A stretch of 50,406 nucleotides of DNA from an uncultured Verrucomicrobiae bacterium (GTDB taxonomy: Bacteria > Verrucomicrobiota > Verrucomicrobiia > Opitutales > Opitutaceae): the NCBI GenBank assembly GCA_963722225.1, contig CAVRNM010000068.1:1-50406 (forward strand), given 5' to 3'. The notes under the pieces are model-generated. The model searched no databases, was not told the origin of the DNA, and saw only the letters and a list, made by a program, of their open reading frames with translations. Both the position numbers and the translations under genes were made by a program. Below, one piece after another: positions 10,247 to 19,540 of this stretch. The first letter of the stretch is position 1. Each line of letters opens with the position of its first letter.

Positions 10247-11632
10247 TTACAGCTGCCGTCGGAACGCCTCGATCTCCGCCGCCCGCGCGGGATCGTCCCG
10301 GAGATTGGTTCCCTCGCCGGGATCCTTTTCCAGGTCGAAGTAGAGCCAGGGGTCCCCGTCCGCCGCCAACACAAGTTTGCGGGCAAGGGTGCGGCCGCCG
10401 CGCCACACACGGTCGCATTGCCGGGGCAGCCGCACCACGCTGGGCATTGAGATCCTCTGAAACTTCCCCCCGGCGACGGGGCGTTCGCCCTCAGCCCAGC
10501 CCACCGTCAGCTCGGCCAGGTCCGCCAGCGACACCAGCGCCGGATCCCTAACCCCGCATCTGCCACGTTCGGTGCCCGGAACCCGCACGAGCAAGGGGAC
10601 GCGCACGCTTTCCTCATGCGGCCAGCCTTTGCGGAACAATCCGTGGGCTCCATGCATGTCGCCGTGGACCGACGTAAAAACCACCGCCGTGTTCTCCCGT
10701 GGCGCCGCGGCGAGCAATCGGCCGATCGCCCGGTCAGTCGCCTCCACGTGAGCGTAATATCCGGCCAGTTCACGCCGGGCGATCGACTCCGCGTCACCAC
10801 CACGCGGGACATTTGGCGGCAGCACGATCGCCGGCGGCCTCCATTCGGTCCCGCCGCGCGGAACCGGCGCGTCATAGGGCGGATGCGGGGGCTCGAGGCT
10901 CACGACGCAAAACCACGGCCGAGCTCGGATAGCGGAGACCCTAAACCGGGGAGATGATTCTGCTCCCCCAGCATCCGCTTTCCGCTCGCCGGCCTCCGGT
11001 TTCCACTCTCCGGTCTCCGGATTCCGGTCTCCGCTCTCCGCTCTCCGGTATCCGGTATCCGCTCTCCGGTATCCGGTATCCGCTCTTTGGTCTCCGCTTT
11101 CACGCAACCACGCCGCCACCCGGTCGCAGATGACATCCGACTGGTATCCGGCAAACTGCGTCGGTTCGGGCAGCCGGGTTCCATGGAGCCAGGGATCGTT
11201 CAGGAGAAACCCGCTTTCAAAACCCTCCCAGAATTGGAACCCGCCGCGTCGTCCGGGGGGAACCACGATCTTCGCATGCGCCGGTCCGACCAGCTCCGCC
11301 TGCGAATCCCGTTGAAAGAGATGCCACTTGCCAAAAAAGGCCGTTGCATACCCGCGCCTCCGCAGCCGGTCCGCGACGGTCCGCGCCTCCCCGGGAAGCG
11401 GATCGAAGTAATCACGCACTCCGTTCTCCGGCGACAGGACCCCGGTCAGCATCGCAGCCCGCGCAAAGGGGCCGAACGGATGCGGCGTCACGGCCTGCGC
11501 ATAGTCGACCGCCTCCGCCGCCAGGGCATCAAGATTCGGCGTGCGCGCATTGGGATCGCCGGCGTAACCCGTGGCCTGGGCCCGCCACTGGGAAGTGACA
11601 ATCCACAGAATGTTGGGCGGCGCGGCGATCAT
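10247..11632 (-). CDS. Sulfatase-family (alkaline-phosphatase superfamily) protein without formylglycine motif and without signal peptide
   Basis: Sulfatase-like N-terminus NILWIVTSQWRAQATGYAG..TPNLDALA and the GKWHL motif are present. At the position of the C/S-x-P-x-R signature the sequence is HPFGPFARAAMLTG, with no Cys or Ser. The canonical DD after NIL-x-I is replaced by SQ. Confidence 0.7.
   Translation of the reverse strand: MIAAPPNILWIVTSQWRAQATGYAGDPNARTPNLDALAAEAVDYAQAVTPHPFGPFARAAMLTGVLSPENGVRDYFDPLPGEARTVADRLRRRGYATAFFGKWHLFQRDSQAELVGPAHAKIVVPPGRRGGFQFWEGFESGFLLNDPWLHGTRLPEPTQFAGYQSDVICDRVAAWLRESGDQRADTGYRRADTGYRRAESGDRNPETGEWKPEAGERKADAGGAESSPRFRVSAIRARPWFCVVSLEPPHPPYDAPVPRGGTEWRPPAIVLPPNVPRGGDAESIARRELAGYYAHVEATDRAIGRLLAAAPRENTAVVFTSVHGDMHGAHGLFRKGWPHEESVRVPLLVRVPGTERGRCGVRDPALVSLADLAELTVGWAEGERPVAGGKFQRISMPSVVRLPRQCDRVWRGGRTLARKLVLAADGDPWLYFDLEKDPGEGTNLRDDPARAAEIEAFRRQL
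10975..11100 (-). repeat. In-frame 21-nt (heptad) tandem repeat inside the sulfatase-like CDS
   Basis: Two perfect 21-mers CTCTCCGGTATCCGGTATCCG lie at 11041-11061 and 11062-11082, flanked by degenerate units. They translate on the minus strand to SGDQRAD TGYRRAD TGYRRAE SGDRNPE TGEWKPE AGERKAD. Confidence 0.85.
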
Positions 11633-11677
11633 GACGTTGTACTCCGGTCAACCACGGGTCCACCCGCTCATGACCGA

Positions 11678-14014
11678 TCAGGTCTGATCAAGACATTTTC
11701 GCACCAACGGGACCAGGGTTTTCACTTCATACGGCTTGGAAAGGAAGGCGATTCCCAACCCGGCGGGCAATCCCGAGTTCGCGAGGTCAACGCTGTAGCC
11801 GCTGGAAATGATGACCTTCAGGCTGCCCTTGGCCTCGCGCAATTGTTTGGCCAGACCAAGCCCGCTCATCCCTTCCGGCATCACCATGTCGGTGAACAGC
11901 AGGGCGATCTCGGCGCGGTGCTGTTCCCATTGCCGCAAGGCCTCAGGCCCGTTGGCCGCCTCCAGGACGTGATACCCGAACCACTGCAGGCTCATCACCG
12001 CCATCCGCCGGACCGCCGCCTCGTCTTCCACGACCAGGATCGTTTCATCACCGCGAAGCTGTTGCGGATCGATCGCCTGGGTTTCGCCGGCCGATCCCTT
12101 GACCAATTCCGGGAAGTAGACGCGAAAGTTGGTTCCGCGGCCCACCCGGCTCGACACCTCGACCCAGCCCGAGTGTTGCTTCGCGATCGCGTAGACCGTG
12201 GCCAAACCCAATCCCGTGCCCTTCCCCGGCTCCTTCGTCGTGAAAAAGGGCTCGAAGATCCGCTTCATCACCTCCGCATTCATGCCGCAACCAGTATCCC
12301 GGACCGAGAGGCAGACGAACTTCCCGGCGCGCGCCTCCGGGTTGGCGGCGGCGGCCTCGGCGCCCAACTCCACCAGCCGGGTCTCAATCGTCAGCGGCCC
12401 GCCGTTCGGCATCATGGCATCGCGCGAATTCACACAGAGGTTGATCACAACCTGCTCGACCATTCCGGGATCTGCCTCGATCTGCAGACGGCGGGCCTCG
12501 TTGCGGAACTCCAGGCTGATGTGCTCACCGAGCAGCCGTCGCAGCATTTTCAACAGATCGCGCACGACGTCATTCAGGTCCACGGGCTTCACCTGGATGA
12601 TCTGCCGGCGACTGAACATGAGCAATTGCCGGGTCAGCGCCACCGCGCGCTGGGTTTCGGCCTCCAGTTCCTGCAGCGAATTCCGCAGGTGCGGCGCCAG
12701 GCTCGAATCATGCATCAGCAGCTCGAGGTGCATCAGCGTCGACGTCAGAATGTTGTTGTAGTCGTGCGCCACGCCGCCGGCGAGCTGGCCCACCGCTTCC
12801 ATCTTCTGCGCCTGCCTCAATTGTTCTTCCAGACGCCTCGTTTCCGTAATATCAACGGCAACACCCATCATGCGGACAGCCACGCCGGCAGAATCATAAA
12901 AAAACTGGCCCCGTCCTTCCAACCAGTGGATCGAGCTGTCCGGCCAGTTTACCCGAAACGCGTGCCGATAGGGCGTGCGAGCGTCGCGGGACCGCGCGAT
13001 CGCCGCCTCGAGCCCCGCCACATCCTCCGGATGCACGAGGCGCCTGAAGGCCTCGTACCGACCATCGAATTCCCCCGGCTTTAGTCCCAGGAGCCGGACG
13101 AGCTGTTCGGTCAGGCGCAAATCACCCAAACGCGGATCCCGATCCCAGATCCCCATGGCACCCGCGTCGAGGGCCATGCGCAACCGCAGTTCGCTCTCCC
13201 GGCTCGCATTCTCCGCCTGCTTTCGCTCCGTGATGTTCTCGAAAATCGCCGTGAAATGCTCCCGCTCCGTGCTGTAGACGGTTACGAACAGCCACCCGCC
13301 AAATGCCTCCCCATAGGTCTCCAGTGTCTCCGGCTGCCCGGTCAGCGCCACCCTTCCATAAACCTCGAACAGCCCCGGGTGCGACTCCCGGAGGCCGGGA
13401 ATCACCTCGGAAACTCTCCTCCCGACGACATTCTGCAGCCCGGTCAGCCGAGCGAAGGCCTTGTTGACGTGCAGGTAGACGAAGTCCCGCGGCTGATCGT
13501 TTTCGAACGACATTCGGCAGTGGGCAAATCCGTTCAGCATGTTCTCAAACAGCTTCCTGTATCGATCTTCGCTCCGGCGCAGCTCCTCCTCCGCACCCTT
13601 GGGTCCGATGTCTCTTGACTGGCTGCGCCACAGACCTGAACCCGGTTCTCCCAGCTCCCGACGCACGATTGCCGGCAATCGGGACAGGCTGTCCTTGCCC
13701 AGGAAATCCCTCGCGCCCGCCTGCATCATCTCCACCGCCCGGTCCACCCTGGCCTGGTCGGAGATCACGATCAACGGGAGGCTCCAGTTCGTCTGCAAGA
13801 CCGGCAAGAGAGCGTCGCCCATCTCGGGACACAGCGTGCGATGATCCGCCACCACCAGGTTCCAGCCCTGGCTGGCAAGCGCGGTGGACAATTCGTCTGC
13901 GGTCTCCACCCGTGACGCCTGGACTTCCCATCCGTCAGCCGCCAGCAAACGGACGATCATGTCCGCTTCATCGGCGGAGCGATTCACCTGCAATAATCGC
14001 ACAGGTCGGCTCAT
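11678..14014 (-). CDS. Hybrid sensor histidine kinase (N-terminal degenerate receiver, PAS repeats, HisKA, HATPase_c, C-terminal receiver)
   Basis: Start chosen at MSRPVRLLQV (ATG at 14014). The H-box region is GGVAHDYNNILT. HATPase motifs are NLCVNSRDAM and GTGLGLATVY. The C-terminal receiver reads ILVVEDEAAVR..LLFTDMVMPEGMSG..SKPY. The N-terminal REC-like domain has NR in place of the acidic pair. Confidence 0.85.
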   Translation of the reverse strand: MSRPVRLLQVNRSADEADMIVRLLAADGWEVQASRVETADELSTALASQGWNLVVADHRTLCPEMGDALLPVLQTNWSLPLIVISDQARVDRAVEMMQAGARDFLGKDSLSRLPAIVRRELGEPGSGLWRSQSRDIGPKGAEEELRRSEDRYRKLFENMLNGFAHCRMSFENDQPRDFVYLHVNKAFARLTGLQNVVGRRVSEVIPGLRESHPGLFEVYGRVALTGQPETLETYGEAFGGWLFVTVYSTEREHFTAIFENITERKQAENASRESELRLRMALDAGAMGIWDRDPRLGDLRLTEQLVRLLGLKPGEFDGRYEAFRRLVHPEDVAGLEAAIARSRDARTPYRHAFRVNWPDSSIHWLEGRGQFFYDSAGVAVRMMGVAVDITETRRLEEQLRQAQKMEAVGQLAGGVAHDYNNILTSTLMHLELLMHDSSLAPHLRNSLQELEAETQRAVALTRQLLMFSRRQIIQVKPVDLNDVVRDLLKMLRRLLGEHISLEFRNEARRLQIEADPGMVEQVVINLCVNSRDAMMPNGGPLTIETRLVELGAEAAAANPEARAGKFVCLSVRDTGCGMNAEVMKRIFEPFFTTKEPGKGTGLGLATVYAIAKQHSGWVEVSSRVGRGTNFRVYFPELVKGSAGETQAIDPQQLRGDETILVVEDEAAVRRMAVMSLQWFGYHVLEAANGPEALRQWEQHRAEIALLFTDMVMPEGMSGLGLAKQLREAKGSLKVIISSGYSVDLANSGLPAGLGIAFLSKPYEVKTLVPLVRKCLDQT

Positions 14015-14102
14015 GGAAATCAGGCGGCCAAGAAGACGAAGTTCCGGCCGCGAGCACAAGCCTTACCACTCGCTCCGCCCGATCGCCTGCCCGCGTTCGC
14101 GG

Positions 14103-15361
14103 TTATTCCAGCCGCCGGAGCACGAGCGACGCATTCTGTCCGCCAAAACCAAGATTGTTGCTCAGCACGACCCGCAGCGGAGCCGAGCGCTTGACGTTGG
14201 GCACATAGTCAAGGTCGCATTCCGGGTCGGGCTGCTCGTAGTTGATCGTCGGCGGCACTCCCCCGGTCTGGAGCGCCTTGGCGCAGATCAGCGCCTCCAC
14301 CCCGCCGGCGGCGCCCAGCAGATGACCCGTCATCGATTTGGTCGAACTCACCATGAGCTTGCGCGCATGGTCTCCAAAAACCTGCCTGATCGCCAGCGTC
14401 TCGAACTTGTCGTTGTAAGGGGTCGATGTCCCATGCGCATTGATGTAATCGATCTCGTCCGGGCGCACGCCGGCCATCGCGATCGCCCGCTTCATCGCCA
14501 GCGAGAGTCCGCGGCCCTCCGGGTCGGGCTGGGTGATGTGAAAGGCATCGCAACGTGGCGCCGTATCCGGCCAGCTCGCAATAAATGCGGGCGCCGCGGG
14601 CCTGGGCATGCGCCAGGGTCTCCAGCACGAGGATGCCGGCGCCTTCTCCCATGATAAAGCCGTCGCGGTTGAGATCAAACGGCCGGCAGGCCTTTTCCGG
14701 CTGGTCGTTTCGCGTGCTCATGGCCTTCATCGAGCAGAACGAGGCGTAGGAAAACGGCGTGATGGCCGCCTCGCTCCCGCCCGCAATCATGACGTCGGCC
14801 TCGCCCCGCCGCATCGCGTTGAATGCCTCGCCGATCGCGTGGGCGCCCGACGCACAGGCGCTCACCACGGAATAATTCGGGCCGCGCGCGCCCAGGTCTC
14901 ATCGCCACGAGTCCCGCTGCACATGTTGCTGATGAGCGAAGGGATCGTGAAGGGCGACACTTTGCGCGGACCGCGCTCCCAAAGCACCCGGAGTTGCTGC
15001 TCGTAAGTGTGCATCCCGCCGATGCCCGAGCCGATGATCACCCCCATGCGGTCGGAGTCTTCCGCCGCCGGATTCAGACCGGCGTCGGCCACCGCCGCCT
15101 TGGAGGCAATAAAACCAAAGTGCGTGTAACGGTCGTTCCGCCGCGCCTCCTTCGGATCCATGAGCTTCGCCGCGTCGAAGTCGACGATCTCGGCCCCGAT
15201 CTTGCAGGGATAATCCGTGACGTCGAACCCCGTCACGCGGCGTGACCCCGCTTCGGCCGGACAAGGATGTTGGCCCAAAAACCTTCGACATCCAGGCCAA
15301 GGGAGCTGACGACGCCGAGGCCGGTGACAACCACCCGAGGAGGAGACTGAACAGAATCCAT
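14103..15361 (-). pseudogene. fabF: fabF (3-oxoacyl-ACP synthase II) reading frame broken by five +1 insertions (true pseudogene or consensus errors)
   Basis: FabF sequence is recovered by stitching frames:
- MDSVQSPPRVVVTGLGVVSSLGLDVEGFWANIL
- SGRSGVT
- RVTGFDV..FTIPSLISNMCSG
- LVAMR
- [30 protein letters not shown]
- [53 protein letters not shown]

The length is 1259 nt; minus 5 it becomes 418 codons. Confidence 0.85.
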
Positions 15362-15434
15362 GTGTACAAAAAAGGCGCCCTACCGAAAAGTCCCTATGGG
15401 CCACCCGGCAGGACGCCAAAACCCGAAAAAATGA

Positions 15435-15698
15435 TTACTTCGAAGAAGACTTCTCTTCGATATAGGCAATCACGTCGCCGACCGTCTGAAGTTTTTCAGC
15501 GTCAGACTCCGGGATCTCGCCTTTGATCTCGTCCTTGAATTCCTCTTCAAAAGCCATGATCAGCTCGACAGTGTCGAGCGAATCGGCGCCCAGGTCATCG
15601 AGGAAAGAAGCTTCCGGGGTGATCTGCTCCTCGTTAACGTTCAACTGGTTAACGATAATTTCTTTAACGCGTTGTTCGATGGTTTTCTGATCAGCCAT
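15435..15698 (-). CDS. acpP: Acyl carrier protein
   Basis: 87-aa ORF with the phosphopantetheine site [19 protein letters not shown]. It lies between fabG and fabF. Confidence 0.95.
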
Positions 15699-15737
15699 GT
15701 TGTATAGTTGGGCAAGGGTTTGGGCTGCTCTTTGGGA

Positions 15738-16479
15738 TCACATCACCATGCCGCCGTCAACGGTAAAAACTTGACCGGTGATATATCCGGCCTCCTCCGA
15801 ACATAAAAACGCCGCCAAATGAGCCACGTCAGCCGGCTCACCCAGCCGCTGCATCGGAATATATTGCAGAGCTGCTTTCGTTACGTCCTCGCTGAGGACG
15901 GCCGTCATGTCGGTCTTGATGAAACCAGGGGCGACGGCGTTGCAGGTGATCGAACGACGGGCAAATTCCTTGGCGATGCTCTTCGTGAAACCAATCAGTC
16001 CCGGCTTTGCCGCGGAGTAATTGGCCTGGCCCGCATTGCCGGCCACGCCCGCCACCGAGGAGATATTGATGATGCGACCCCAGCGTTTCTGGGCCATGGC
16101 CCGGCCCAAGTGCTTCGTCCAGTGAAAAGCGCTCGTCAGATTCGTTGTAAGTACCGAATTCCAATCATCCTCCGACATGCGGAACAACAACCCGTCGCGG
16201 GTGATGCCGGCATTGTTGACGAGGATGTCAATGTTGCCAAACTCGGCCAGCAGATCCCCCGCTGCTTTTGCCAACGGCAGCCCCGTCGGCCACATCGACG
16301 GCCACCGCCTTGGCCTTCCCCCCGGCCGCCTGAAGCTCCCCGGCAACGGCGCCACAGTTTGCCTCATTCTTGCTGACGCAGATAACCGTGACGCCGGACT
16401 GGGCGAGCACTCCGGCAATGGCCTTGCCGATTCCCCGACCGGCACCAGTGACAAGCGCGACGCGATTGTTAAAGGTCAT
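15738..16479 (-). pseudogene. fabG: fabG (3-oxoacyl-ACP reductase) with one +1 frameshift (pseudogene or consensus error)
   Basis: The N-terminal part MTFNNRVALVTGAGRGIGKAIA..AVAVDVADGAAV is in one frame. The rest, AAGDLLAEFGNIDILVNNAGITRDG..SSVAGVAGNAGQANYSAAK..GYITGQVFTVDGGMVM, is in another. The shift lies at the T4 run at 16266-16269. The 742-nt length minus 1 gives 247 codons. Confidence 0.85.
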
Positions 16480-16648
16480 GAGATCAGTACCGCGAATTGC
16501 GCAGAAATGCGCGAGCCGATTTTTCGCCCGCCCGCAAGAAAGCGAGGATTTCCTTTGCGCGACAAGAAACAAGGGCCTAACAAAGACATCCAATCCGTTT
16601 CGTCGTCAGGTTCTTCCTCCGCACCCAGTTTCCAAAATCACACCGATC

Positions 16649-17428
16649 ATGAAGACGAAGTTCTCCGCTGTCATCGCCGGTTTGCTGGTCGCCGCAGCCT
16701 CCTCCGCCGCGCCCCTGATGGAAACCACCGCGATCCATTCCCAGCCCGATGCCGCCTCTCCTGCCATCGGCTATCTCAAGGCGGGCACGGATCCCATCGC
16801 CGCCGCCAACGCCACTGCGCCCGCCGGGTGGATGGCGGTCGACTTGCCCGGCCCGCACGAGGCTTACGTCAAGAACGACGACTTCAGCAAGAGCCTCGAC
16901 ATTCATGGGGGCGCCGCGATCCGCCTGAAGCCCAAGGCCGATGCCCCCATCCTCGCCTTGATGCAGGAGGGCGACAAGACGGAGATCACCGGCCTGCGCA
17001 GCGGCTGGACGCAGATCAAGCTCTACAAGACCATTGTCGGCTTTATTCCGATCGGCGGGACCGCTTCCTCGCCGGCCGCCGCCCCGGTTCCAGCGCCGGC
17101 AACGGGCGCTCCCGCCGTGCCGGTTGCGGCACCGGCCCCCGCCGCCCCGCCCGTCAGCGCCGAGCCTGCCACCGCCCTGCCGCGGGTGCTGCAGGGCATG
17201 CTGGTGGAGACGAAACGCCTGCTCGTCGTCGGCCCCCGCCCGGATTACAAATATCAGCTCAACGATCCGGCCGGCAAACGAATGGCCTTCCTCGATGTCA
17301 GCAAGGTGGCGCTCCAGCAGAGAATCGAGACCTACGTCGACCAATTGGTGACCATTTCGGGAGTCATCAAGCCAACGAGCGACTGGAAGAACCTCGTCAT
17401 CGAGGTGCAAACGCTTGAGGCGAGGTGA
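16649..17428 (+). CDS. Secreted hypothetical protein, SH3-like N-terminal region plus Pro/Ala-rich linker
   Basis: The internal ATG at 16649 gives a signal peptide ([22 protein letters not shown]). [28 protein letters not shown] linker follows. It is divergent from fabG. No family is recognised with confidence. Confidence 0.45.
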
Positions 17429-17472
17429 TGCTCCCACCGGCGGCTTCGTTGCCGCCGCCTTCTTCCTCCCTC

Positions 17473-18348
17473 ATGGACATCATCGACGGGCACCGGATCG
17501 CCGCGGAGATTATCGGCGAGCTCAAAGCGGAGGTGGCCGCACGGTCCGGGCGCAAACCGTGTCTGGCGCTCGTGCGCGTCGGCGACGACCCGGCGTCGGT
17601 CTCCTACGTCAGGCAAAAGGAGAAGACGGCCGCAGAGGTCGGCATTGTGGGGCGGGTGCTGCTGCCGCCCGCGACGATTTCGCCGGCGGAGCTGTTTGCG
17701 CTGATCGACCAGTTGAACGCCGATCCCGCCGTCGACGGCATTCTGGTTCAGTCCCCGCTGCCGCCGCACCTCGATGAACTCGCCGTCTTCCGCCGGATCG
17801 CCCCCGCCAAGGACGTCGACGGGCTGGGCACCATCAACCTCGGCAAGATCGCCCAGGAGGACGAATCCGGTTTCGTCTCCTGCACCCCCGCCGGCATCCT
17901 GGAGCTTCTCGCCCGTTCCGGCGTCCAACTCGCGGGCCGCCACGTCGTGGTTCTTGGCCGCAGCCTGCTCGTCGGCAAGCCCGTCGCGCTGCTGGCCGTG
18001 CAGAAAAAGGCCTGGGCCAATGCCACCATCACGCTCTGCCACTCGCAGACCACCGGACTTCCGGCCATCGCCCGCCAGGCTGACATCCTGATCGCCGCCA
18101 TCGGCCGGCCGGAATTCGTGACCGCGGAGATGGTGAAGCCCGGTGCCGTGGTGATCGATGTGGGTATCAACCGCGTGCCCGACTCCACCAAGAAATCGGG
18201 CTATCGCCTCGTCGGCGACGTTCATTTCCCGTCGGTTGCCCCGCTGGCCAGCCGGATCACCCCGGTGCCCGGCGGCGTGGGCCCGATGACGGTCGCCATG
18301 TTGATGAAGAACACGGTCAAGGCCCACCGCCAGTCGCACGCCGCGTGA
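17473..18348 (+). CDS. folD: Bifunctional methylenetetrahydrofolate dehydrogenase / methenyl-THF cyclohydrolase
   Basis: [67 protein letters not shown]. The start is set at the MDIIDG methionine rather than the track start at 17425. Confidence 0.9.
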
Positions 18349-18403
18349 CCCGTCCACGCCAATCTTGCCATCGGGCCCAAACTAAACCTTTAATCTCCCC
18401 CGC

Positions 18404-19540
18404 ATGCCTGCGCCAAAAATCCTGGTGGTCGACGATCAACCGATCAACGTTCAGCTGCTCAAACGCAAGTTGGAGCGGGAAGGCATGCAGGTGGTCGCCG
18501 CGTATTCCGGGCAGGAGGCGCTCGACCTCACCGCCCAGGAGAAGCCCGAACTCATCCTGCTCGATGTGATGATGCCCGAGATGGACGGCATCGAGGTGTG
18601 CCAGCGCCTCCAGGCCAGCGAGGACACTCGTTCCATCCCGGTCATTTTTGTCACGGCGCGCAGCTCCAAGGAGGGCAAGCTCGAAGGCTTGGGCGTGGGC
18701 GCGGTCGATTACATCACCAAGCCGATCGACCTCGACGAGACGCTCGCGCGGGTGCAGACGCAACTCCGGTTTGCCGCGATCAACCGCGAAATCATCGATT
18801 TGCAGCGCCGGCTCACCGAATCGCGCCGCGCCGCCACCATCGGGGCCGTCACCCAGGGCATCGCGCATAACCTCAACAATCTGCTGGGGGTGGTCATCGG
18901 CTATCTCGACCTCATCAAGGCCTACGCCGACAAGCCGGAATTGGTGCGCAAGAACGCCCAAAATGTCGAGGATGCGGTCCAGCGGATCGTCGTGATCATC
19001 CGGCAGCTCAGCTCGCTGGTGGTCAAGACCCGCCTGAACGTCACCCAGATCAGCTTGCAGCGCATTCTGGAGGGCGGCGTGCAGCGCTATCAGGCGGAGT
19101 ACAAGACCAACCAGCCCGTGGTCGTTAATAATCCGCTCGGCGATTTCATCATCGAAACGCATATCGAGGTCTTCGAGGAGGTATTGTCGAAGATCCTGAT
19201 CAATGCCTGGGAAGCCTACCCCGACGGCACTCCGCCGGACCAGCGCCCCATCACGCTTTCCACCGCGCTCCTCGCGCAAAAGGACGAAGCCAGGATCGTG
19301 GAAATCCGGATCGAAGACCAGGGTCGCGGCATCGATCCGGAGATTCGCGATCACATGTTTGAACCGTTCATCAGCGGCAAGCGCACCGTTGGCGTGGGAA
19401 TGGGACTCACGGTCGCGCGCCATTCCCTCCGCAACATCGGGGGCGAGGTGATGATGGAAGACCGCCCCGGCGGCGGCGCCGTTGCCATCTTGCTGCATCC
19501 GGTCGCGCAACCCAAGAGGAAGCAACCCACCAGTGAGTGA
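18404..19540 (+). CDS. Response-regulator receiver fused to histidine kinase core
   Basis: The REC domain reads KILVVDDQPINV..LILLDVMMPEMDG..TKPI. It is followed by an H-box-like GIAHNLNNLLG and HATPase-like GVGMGLTVAR. Confidence 0.8.
   Translation: MPAPKILVVDDQPINVQLLKRKLEREGMQVVAAYSGQEALDLTAQEKPELILLDVMMPEMDGIEVCQRLQASEDTRSIPVIFVTARSSKEGKLEGLGVGAVDYITKPIDLDETLARVQTQLRFAAINREIIDLQRRLTESRRAATIGAVTQGIAHNLNNLLGVVIGYLDLIKAYADKPELVRKNAQNVEDAVQRIVVIIRQLSSLVVKTRLNVTQISLQRILEGGVQRYQAEYKTNQPVVVNNPLGDFIIETHIEVFEEVLSKILINAWEAYPDGTPPDQRPITLSTALLAQKDEARIVEIRIEDQGRGIDPEIRDHMFEPFISGKRTVGVGMGLTVARHSLRNIGGEVMMEDRPGGGAVAILLHPVAQPKRKQPTSE

Noticed and set aside
11087-13084. Very long ORFs antisense to confidently called genes:
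- 11087..13084(+)
- 31722..34223(+)
- 35928..38153(+)
- 39605..40909(+)
- 18317..20479(-)
- 17332..18357(-)
- 20773..21828(-)
- 1911..3569(-)
- 7767..8915(-)
- 8465..9874(-)
- 9093..10418(-)
- 24007..25050(+)
   Set aside because: Their translations are Arg/Gly/Pro/Ala-rich low-complexity strings with no recognisable motifs. Each lies opposite a gene with strong family signatures. Stop-codon depletion on the antisense strand is expected at this GC content.
16177-17437. 413-aa (+) and 286-aa (-) ORFs overlapping fabG and the SH3-like gene
   Set aside because: They have Arg/Gly-rich composition and overlap better-supported genes in other frames.
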